A DNA stretch of 64,000 bases from Octopus sinensis. Taxonomy: Eukaryota. The first letter of the stretch is position 1. Each line of letters begins with the position of its first letter. Shown here piece after piece: positions 54,455 through 64,000 of the stretch. The stretch covers positions 8,804,001 through 8,868,000 of the forward strand of contig NC_043006.1 of assembly GCF_006345805.1 (NCBI RefSeq). The letters are read 5' to 3'. The notes beneath the pieces were generated by a model, which ran no database searches, had not been told where the DNA came from, and worked only from the letters and a program-made list of their open reading frames with translations. Made by a program: the position numbers and the translations under genes.

Positions 54455-55204
54455 CGTGTGTGTTTGTGTATCGCTTAGCCAGCGGGGTGGCGTCATTTGA
54501 AGGCTAAAACACTGCGAAGCGTATTGTGACCAACGATATGTAGCCTGGTTGGTCACGGTGATCACGGTGATATATATATATATATGAATTTGCATATAGC
54601 CGTGCGTTTATATGCGTGTGCGAAGGTGTATGTATAATTTTTCAACAAGAATGTTCGAAATACACTCATCACATCTGTGCATTCTAACCATATTTAATCC
54701 GGTCGAGTTTTGTGTGTTAAGGTGGTGAATATTTCAATGAACTTCGAAGAAAAAAAATAAATAAAGGAAGAAGACACTGCCTAAACCGGCCGGAACAGGA
54801 AGAATATTCATAGTGAAAACTTTTAACTTAACTCACGTCAGTTAAACGCGCCAGTTTCGCATCCTACAACGCTGTTCAGTCTACTAAACGACAGGATATA
54901 GTTTGTTAATTTGAGACAGTTGTACCTTACTCAATACTAAAAATAGAACACTTAAACTAACATTTACCCAACTATTTCTGCGATTTCTATTTTTTCCTAT
55001 ATAATACGTGATAAACAATTGCGAAATATGCTGTTTGTTGCCGAGCGAATGACACACACACACACACACACAAACACTCACACACGACACTCATACACGT
55101 ATACGCGCATAGTCACACACATTATATTAGATGTGTGTGTGTGTGCATGTGTGTGTGTAAATATATATACATACATACATGTAAATATTATATGTCTTTT
55201 AGTA

Positions 55205-55410
55205 TGTGACCTCGTCTGTATCACTAGCGAATTTTTTTCCCCTGTCTTCTCTTCTCGGGTTCTTTCCTTCTCCTATGTTACCGACGAAGAGATCCGCTCG
55301 AAACGTCAAACCCTCCTTCTTCCCTTCTTTCCTGAGCCTCCAATAATACTTTATTTGTTCCACGTCCTTGCGTTGTTGTTCTTTTTTTTTGTTTCCTCGA
55401 TTCGATTAAC
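55205..55410 (+). mobile_element. Short PLE pLTR remnant with minimal HHR (55277-55311)
   Basis: GTTA-CCGACGA-A-GAG-atccg-CTC-GAAAC-GTC-AAAC. Ends in (TA)n. Homologous to 21915-22075. Confidence 0.65.
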
Positions 55411-55966
55411 TATATATATATATATACACATGCATACATGTTGTTTTGAACTTTTGTGAGTGTGCTTCAAAAGTTACATATAGACACACATAAATACGCA
55501 TGTAACTGGAAAGTATATATATGTAAGTACATCTTAATATGCATTAAGATTCTACTTGAGTTCATGTTTTTCTGTTGTTTGTTTCACACACCTATTTATC
55601 TATATAATTATTTCATGTGCCAAATAAGGTATAAATTCCAATACGTTTAAAAGTATCATTTTTACTTAAGTTTAGCATACGATGTATGAATCAAACCACT
55701 TTCTTTTCTATGCAGATATAGAAAAAGCAAGTTATAATTCCTATAACTATATGTGGAGATGATTTTGGAGATACATCTACAACCAAATTGATTAGATTGT
55801 GGTTATATCTACAACCACATAACACGTATAGAATTATATATGATAAATTGTTTTTTTTAAATGCAGCATGATTACTAAGGGAATCTGAAAGAATGAGTCA
55901 GAAATATGAATTATGTACCTGCTCAAATATATGTATATATGAATATATATACATATATATATAATA

Positions 55967-56010
<44 letters not shown>

Positions 56011-56017
56011 TATATAC

Positions 56018-56055
<38 letters not shown>

Positions 56056-56057
56056 TA

Positions 56058-56096
<39 letters not shown>

Positions 56097-56139
56097 TATA
56101 TATTTATCGTGAAGTATATTTGCGACTTAAATGTGGCTA

Positions 56140-58120
56140 ACCCTTAAGGTTGGATGCTACAGTAGCTTGTAACCCCAGGAACACACATCCTCCAGCTTGC
56201 TACTGACACGCTTTCTGTGCCCTATATGTATTTGCAAACGAAAGCCATTGCTTCCCTCTCCAACCTGACATGATACACACGGATCCGAAAAGTCACTGAT
56301 CTCGAAAAAGTGTAAACAATCAATAATAAATCTCTGAGATATGAAGTTTGATTTTTCGAAGCTAATTGGCATTACAACTGATGGTAGGACAAAAATAAAA
56401 GGCTTTTTGCACTACTGCAAGAATATGTAGAAAGCCTTGGAATCGCACATAAATTTATCCATAAAGAGACATTTTGTGCCAAGATTTTAAAATTTAAGAA
56501 TATTATGGATATTGTTATGAAGGCTGTGAATCTAATCCTATTTCGTGTATTAAATTATCGTCAATTTAAAGTTTTTGCTGGATACTGAGGCGGAATATGA
56601 TGGCATTGCTTATTTCTGCGATATATGCAGGCTTAGTCGAGGATCAATGTTAAAAAGTGTGCTTGCCTTACACAAAGAGTTGGCAATATTTATCAAAAGC
56701 AAACCTGGGGTTAGTTCACATTTTCGAGATCCTGATTGGCTTTCAAATTTGGCATTTATTGCAGATATTGTGACTCATTTAAATTACTTAAATTTACAAC
56801 GTCAAAATAAAACTCAGCTCATAAATGACATGTATCACCATAGTGTTGCCTTTGTAAAATCCTATGCGCGTTTTCCATCATTTGAAGGAAGGAGAAACAG
56901 GATTCACAGGGTTTTGCGAGTATAATCCATGATTTGCGGAATGAATTTGCATCACGTTTAGCTGACTTTCGTCTGCATGCAAATGAGTTTAAACTGTTTG
57001 CAACAACATCTGATGTGGAGAATATTTTTTTAATGGAATTGATTGATATGCACAGTGACGACCCATTGACATCTAAACTTCATCGCTTGAAGTCTATGCA
57101 AAATATAGTTTTCCAAGTGGGAAGTATACCAACTTAGTGAGTCATGCAAAAATAATGCCGCCTTTCTTTGGAAGTACTTGTCACTGTGTGAGCAATTATT
57201 TCCCAAAAGAAGGCGGTGAACTGGCAGTAACGTTAGCACGCCGGGCGTAATGCTTAGCGGTATTTCACCTGCCATTACACTCTGAGTTCAAATTCTGCCG
57301 AGGTCGACTTTGCTTTTCATCCTTTCGGGATCGATTAAATAAGTATCAGTTACGCACTCGGTTCGATGTAATCGGTTTAATACCTAAGTCTGTCCTTGTT
57401 CGTCCCCTCTGTGTTTAGCCCCTTGTGGGTAATAAAGAAATATGTGTTTCGTCTGTCGTTACGTTGTGAGTTCAAATTCCACCGAGGTCGACGTTGCTTT
57501 TCATCCTTTCGGGGTCGATAAATTAAAATACCAGTTACGCACTGGGGTCGATGTAATCGACTTAATCTGTTTGTCTATCCTTGTTTGTGCCCTCTATGTT
57601 TAGCCCTTGGTGGGCAGTAAAGAAATAAATTATTTTCCAAACTGAAGCAAACTAAGAACAATTTTAGAACAAGATTAACTGATAATCATCTTGATAATAT
57701 CGTGCTCTTGGCATCAACAAGTTTAAAATCTAATTTTGAGAAGCATTTAAGGGACTAAAATCATCAAACTTCCCCTTAATTTTTTGGCTTTTCGCCCTAA
57801 TGTTCCCTTTAATATTTTCTTGTATTCATTTATATGTTTCACCCTTGGGGCGCGGTCATGCTGGGACACCGTACTGTGTGTATTTTAAAGATTATTTAAC
57901 AAATGGATCCAACGATGTCTTAAATTGAATTGATGGCGTTTTTCCATTACTACAGTCATCTGTGGTTAATACAAATTATTATTTTGTATAGTTAAAACTT
58001 ATGATTTAATTTTAGCTTCTGTGATTTACCAAAATTATTATTTTATGGCCTTCGTCCGGCCCACTATCCGTTAATAATACTCTGTCCGGCCCGTAGAGGC
58101 AGAGACGTTGCCGACCACTG
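56140..58120 (+). mobile_element. Decayed hAT (Charlie/SPIN-like) transposon 3' portion
   Basis: LIGITTDG, H.E.FCAK, W.S.LAF..DI..HLN.LN, FGST..CEQLFS.LK..K..RTRLTD.HL. Subterminal CGGCCC motifs and terminal GTTGCCGACCACTG. Confidence 0.8.
57208..57627 (+). mobile_element. SINE family B dimer inserted in the hAT dimerisation domain
   Basis: Two head-to-tail cores. 14-bp TSD AATTATTT(C/T)CCAAA-like at 57194 and 57628, one mismatch. Confidence 0.85.
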
Positions 58121-58670
58121 GTATATGTGGGCTGAAAGTTTTACATTACTTTTCAGAGTTGAACACGTCTTTCTTTTTTGGAAATATACACATTGTTGTT
58201 TAAATTGAAACTGTGATCATTCATTCTCCCTCTTTATTGCATGCATAATGCTGGATCTGCTATCATTCACTTCCATTTACCCTCAGTATGGAGTACTGCA
58301 TAATTTTCCTTCTTCTCAAAATAGTGTACTACTTAACCACACGTTCTGATCATGAATTTACCTAAGGAAGACCCAATTCAACTGGATGTAATTGGACCCC
58401 ACCACCCTCTTGGAGAAAATGAAGCACAATATATATCATTAATGAGCAACAGTCTAACCTAGGTTTCTATGACGACGAGATACCCAACTAATATAGTCAT
58501 CGCTCGATATGATGCTCCATTAGCTGGGATCTCCCAGAAAGAGCTGTCACCATCTATCTTTACCAGTTTTGTACTATTTTTACCATTCGTTATGTAGCCA
58601 AATTTTTAGATTAAAATCAAATGTCCTTGTTCTGCCTTCACTAATCGTTTGCTCCCACTCACTATTTTAG

Positions 58671-58721
<51 letters not shown>

Positions 58722-59431
58722 CACTTGCCCTACAAGAAGTAAAATGGGAATGAGAGAAAGAAAAGTAAGTCTGCTATAACTCTCAGTCATATATATTTAT
58801 TTTATCCTGGTATTCAGAAAAAAGCTCTGAATCTAATTTGTTGTGAAAGCATTTTTGTATCTACTTTTTATTATATTTTTAATCTCTTATGTTTCAAGAC
58901 TTCATGCTTCAGTTGACACATATTTAAAAGAAAAATACATGAAAATATAATACAATATTATGAAAACCCACTTAAGGAACACAACTATACAATGACGCGT
59001 ATTCTTTTATAAGAAGGACGATGAGTGAATATAATCAATCAAACTTATCTAAGTCGATATTCAAGTAATTCTACTCTAAAATAGCTTTTAATTAAACTGT
59101 TTAATATAACACCCACTTGCTAACATGCAGAGCCTCTGATCTTATTCAGTCGAATTATTCAAGATGTGTAAATATTTTATGACTGCAAGTTGACGACGAA
59201 ATTATTTAGTTCTACTCTGGTCTCCTCGATGCTCTGTTGTTAAATTTCTATGCATTATACATCAAATTTACTCCTGTAATTCACCAGTGTATTGTTAAAC
59301 TATAAAGTGCATTGCGTTTAGTCATCTATTGTTTATTACCTTAATTATTGTAAGCTTCTATAGAATGTAGAAGGTATTAATTATTAATACGGATATACAT
59401 TTAAACTAGTCTATACTACTGAAGTTCTTAC

Positions 59432-59755
59432 CGTATTTTCACTGAATCGGATGAAAGACGCCTAATTCCTCCAACATTCCACTTCTTACTCATTAACCGC
59501 TTCATTTCTTCCTTTGCTATAATTTTCTTCCTCTCTAAACAGCCAAGAGAGGAAGGACAATTGTCATATTGTTGGAGTTGTTGTAATAGCGAATACTCAC
59601 ACTGATTGCAGTCGTTTCTGGTAGTTTTGTAGTAATTCATTTTAAAACAATAATGTTCTGCGCAATAACTAGCATAAACGTCAATAACGCAGACAATATT
59701 ATTAGAGAATGACTCATCACCATAATGAGAGAGACCATTGATAAATGTTAGCAAT
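59432..59755 (-). CDS. Candidate 324-nt coding exon, Cys-rich, unknown protein
   Basis: Fully open frame of 108 codons bounded by TTTAATTACTAG| and ACG|GTAAGA; symmetric phase 2. No family recognised. Confidence 0.3.
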
Positions 59756-59804
59756 CTAGTAATTAAATGTACACACAGAATTCAAGCAGTTGTAGAATCT
59801 GTAC

Positions 59805-60578
59805 CTAGATGTACTTGCATAGCGAGTGACTTGATCTGAGATCGTGTGCTGGAACGAAAACAATTGCGGCGTGGAAGGTGTTTATAAGCCATTTAAGAAG
59901 CGCACAAAAAACCGTTAGATTGGCTTGAATTTACCAGAAATGTGTAACTCTGCTGACAGCAGTAAGAAACCTCATGTTTCTGGTTCATTGATATTTGCGG
60001 ATTGTGAGATTATATGCTGTTTTTTCGGAGGCACAGGTGGCAATTAAGGGCATCGGAAGAATATGGTGACACCCTATAGATAATAGTCCACTTGATGCTT
60101 GGCGTTTCATCTCGGAGGTCACGACAGGGAAATGGAGTCATCTCTGTCCGTGGATCTAAATGAGTACAAGTGCTGGGAAAAACTACTGAACAAGTCGTTG
60201 TCTGATATGAACGTACAGTGCCTAGTAAGGCAATCGGATGTTAAAAGGGTGGCTCTTTATAATACGACCCATGCAAGGCAGGATCCTTCTGTAAGGCAGG
60301 TAGAGGGGTTGGAGGACTGTGGATGCGCTTTTACGTCTTTACATGCGAGCGATGTTAGCTCCGATGTTGTATAAGTAGGTGCAGTTTATATTGCCATTAT
60401 TAGTCTTCAATACGTTCCAATACATATGCACCCGGGCGTAATGTTTATCTATTAAGGACAGGAAACACCTGGTTATGTTCATAGAAGATTTTAGGTTAAA
60501 TGTGGGTTATAACAGGTCCTTGTCTTTTCCTAGGTGTCTTGGAGTAAGGACATGGGGATTCAGCTTCTCAGAAAATCC

Positions 60579-60580
<2 letters not shown>
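59805..60580 (-). mobile_element. Decayed PLE 3' half (linker + GIY-YIG + 3'UTR)
   Basis: RKRQ..PTFNL..NI.R.FLSLIDKHY..H, C.EG.CL..VV, H..SFRS, NCHLCL: same architecture as the 10.0-11.0 kb region. Confidence 0.7.
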
Positions 60581-60630
<50 letters not shown>

Positions 60631-60741
60631 GTGTGTGTGTGTGTGCGTGTGTGTGTATGTATATATATTCAATCACATTTCAATCACAAGACATTCGTCA
60701 ATCATATTCTGCTGAGCTAAATACATACATACATGCATACA

Positions 60742-60775
<34 letters not shown>

Positions 60776-60821
60776 CATACATACATATACATATATACAT
60801 ATATATATACATATATATATA

Positions 60822-60852
<31 letters not shown>

Positions 60853-60968
60853 CATACATAAAGATATATATATATATATGTATGATTTGATTTTTGATTT
60901 TTCCAGTTTCAGCTAATGAGCTGTGACCATGCTGGGGCACCGCCATATATATATATACATACATAAAC

Positions 60969-60999
<31 letters not shown>

Positions 61000-61054
61000 G
61001 TATATACATGTAAATGGTAAATGGGTGGATTTTCAGTCTCTATCAGTGCATAAT

Positions 61055-61223
61055 CTATAGCCAAGGGAATAGCGGCAAATGATGGGGTTTTGAGTGGGTG
61101 CGTAAGTGCGTGTTAGTTGTGAGAGGTGTAGATGATAGTTTGCTGAGGTTTTGGCGACCTTTGTGACCTGTGGGAGGTAGAGTTCTTGAGCTAGTAGTAG
61201 GAGGTAGATTCCTTGAGGCAGCA

Positions 61224-61318
<95 letters not shown>

Positions 61319-61879
61319 AATATTAGTAGTAGGCAGAGGAGATGTTGATATGGAGGTGGATTCCATGACATAGCCGTAGACATATATATATTTGGATTGA
61401 TAGTGGTTGTAGCACTAGTAGAGGAAGGCAGGGTAGATGATGTTGACAGTGGTGATGATTGAGCTACTGAGGCAGAGAAAGGAAGGGTTGGTACTTCCTG
61501 CTGGAAGACCCTGGTAACTGGGTTGTGGGTCAGTCGTTTCGTTTAACAAATCGGCCATTGTAGGTGATTGAAGGAGTGGTTCATACTGTTGTTGTTGCCG
61601 TCGCTGAAGTTGTTGTTGTTGTTGCTGTTCCAGTGATGCGTTCGAAGAGAAAACACATCCCAGTTTATCCAAGTCTTTATTTATTAATTTAGAAGCAACT
61701 TCGATTTGCTTTAATATATTTTGAATCTTCTGTCCAGATCGAGTTTTCAAAAGGTGAACTGTCGTTTAGCAATTTCGTTCAGACACGAAGCACCTATGTT
61801 TTCCGTTTGGCCATGTGTTTATTAGAATGTCGATTTCATTATCAGACCAATTTTGCCTGGATTTTTGATGGCTAGCCAT
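61055..61879 (-). pseudogene. Myb/SANT-like (trihelix-type) domain followed by poly-Q and S/T/P-rich tail, frameshifted
   Basis: ATG at 61879 (AGAATGG). RQNWSDNEIDILINTW..[+1 frame NEIAKR]..KTRSGQKIQNIL, then QQQQQQLQRRQQQQ. The tail needs further frameshifts. Confidence 0.45.
61228..61318. repeat. (TAG)n microsatellite (poly-Thr on the minus strand)
   Basis: Directly visible. Confidence 0.95.
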
Positions 61880-62025
61880 TCTGGTGGATATAATTTATTA
61901 AATTTTATTTCATTTGTTAGTTTTGTTGATTATTTTTTGTGAGTTCCCTGATTCCTTCATAATTCAGGCAGAAATATATAGAATAGATTGTACAGAATGT
62001 CTGCTGAAATATTGAGATATTTTTG

Positions 62026-62158
<133 letters not shown>

Positions 62159-62172
62159 GTATATATACATAC

Positions 62173-62203
<31 letters not shown>

Positions 62204-62257
62204 CATATAAATATACGTACATATATATATATACATATATATATATATTAAAGACTT

Positions 62258-62352
62258 GTTTTATTTATATTTCCTGAGCGCCATACTAATACAATTGTTC
62301 GTTTGTTTTCCACCTGCCTTCGTCTTTTGTTTATTTTCATAAAGCTTCCGTT
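62258..62352 (+). mobile_element. PLE pLTR tail fragment in (TA)n
   Basis: TTTCCTGAGCGCCA..AATAC..CACCTG.C.TCGTCTTTTGTTT..ATAAAG resembles the reverse complement of 5876-5960. Confidence 0.45.
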
Positions 62353-62379
62353 ATATATATATATATATATATAAGTGTG

Positions 62380-62472
<93 letters not shown>

Positions 62473-63370
62473 TCCTGCATATTTAGGAGAAGATATTTTC
62501 CTCGAGTCAAGAATTTTTCACACTCTTAAAACTACGAATATATTGGGTTGAAATGCTAATATGAAACTTGTAGAAATTTTATACTACAAATTTACGTTCA
62601 AATACTCCAAGCTATAAATTAATATTATTTCTCTATGATATGCAGTTCAACCCTTTTCTGTGGCATTAATAAATATACAGCTAGAATATACTGGACTTTC
62701 AGCAATTGAATATATTGCCATGTATTTTTTAATTATTTTACTGCAGCTGAAATTATTGACCATATCTATGAACAATGTAGGCGTTTCAATAAACCATTTT
62801 TTTATGTTTGTAACTAGATAATCTTTTTTTATTTTCACTTTATTACACTAAAATGTTTCATCGCAGCACAATAAAGCACATACTTATATCTGAAAGCGAG
62901 ACATTTTTCTAGATATAATAACCCATTTACGAGTTGATAAAATATGAAGAGTGACAATCTGCATCGACATCAAAGTTCCTATTATGTTTTCTATCAAGAT
63001 ATGTAGTCTCATTTGATTAAGGCATGACATCAACGAGTTAACCATTGGGGAAACAGGACTTCAGAATGCGGTAGGAATTAAGAGAGTCAAAATTAGATAA
63101 AAATCCGAAAGTATGAGTTTATGTCTGAGTATGTGTGTGTGTGTGTGTGTGCCTGAGTGCCAGTGTATATATGTGTGTGTATGAAGATTAGAATATTTTC
63201 CGACTACTGTGAATACTGATGAGGTAATAAATTTCGTTTTAATGACATGATAAGCAACGCTTCCGAATTGGCTTCTTTATTCTCCTGTGATATTCGTTCA
63301 CGACATCAGCGACGTTATACTGCATTATATAATATATATATATTTCTATACATACATACATATATATAAC

Positions 63371-63442
<72 letters not shown>

Positions 63443-64000
63443 GATTCAGGATATAAATATTTTTTTTTTTCCTTCGTGCTTTTGTCGACGACACGGTTAT
63501 TCTAATTGCTATCTGTATAAGTAACACTGATGCTTTAATGCTTTGTTCTATCTTGATACTACTAACATTATTATGGTTGCTATAACTATTTTTGCTGTGT
63601 CGTTATTCCCCCCCTTCGAAAATGGCTGCCCATGGCATTATTCTGCTAATTACCATGTCCAATTAGATATGCATAAGTTGCTTGTATTTCAATATTTATT
63701 CAATACTTCAGACTCTTATAATGTCTCCAATGTAAGAATTAAAAAGAGAAAGAAGAAGCAAAGAAGGAAAGAAAAAACACCAGAGTAATATAAAGCTTTC
63801 AGTGAATTATTTATGTTTTTGTTTTATGAAAGACATGGTGGTGTTTCTGGAGAACTGTATACCCAGAAGGTGATATTCTGAAGATGCAGTTTCTCATGAA
63901 TATATTGATGTCTCACCGTTCTCCTATAATTAAAGATTGTTTTTTTTTTTCCTTTGCTACAGGTTGTCTTTCATTTAAGTCACTGTTCTTTGGTATTGTG

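Noticed and set aside
60099-60374. + strand ORF ending EDCGC (cystine-knot-like)
   Set aside because: It is the antisense of the decayed PLE endonuclease
63963-64000. Strong + strand acceptor at the window edge
   Set aside because: Only 38 nt of the putative exon are visible

Overview
AT-rich, microsatellite-saturated eukaryotic DNA. The SINE families and repeat landscape look like a coleoid cephalopod (Octopus-like); this is inference. No complete host gene, tRNA/rRNA gene or CRISPR array is supported. The window is dominated by retroelements: two near-complete Penelope-like elements (PLEs; RT + C-terminal GIY-YIG) at 7.8-11.9 kb (+) and 16.9-21.7 kb (-, Neptune-like), a third decayed PLE at about 60 kb, and several solo or inverted pseudo-LTR (pLTR) remnants. 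Also present are R4/Dong-type REL LINEs in (TAA)n tracts, a CR1-type 3' end, mariner, hAT and Helitron remnants, and at least four tRNA-derived SINE families. About a dozen type-I hammerhead ribozyme (HHR) motifs from four PLE families can be folded by hand. Most notable are: (i) an array of five fixed-spacing CWAG-N8-GACGTCATC-N7-TGACCAATC modules plus a TATA box in the Neptune 3' region; (ii) an HHR family with an enlarged stem II, and a 13-bp stem that forms only across the pLTR/body junction next to the start codon; (iii) a frameshifted Myb/SANT-like reading frame and several candidate minus-strand exons that may belong to a host gene. All alignments and folds were done by eye, and no database searches were run.
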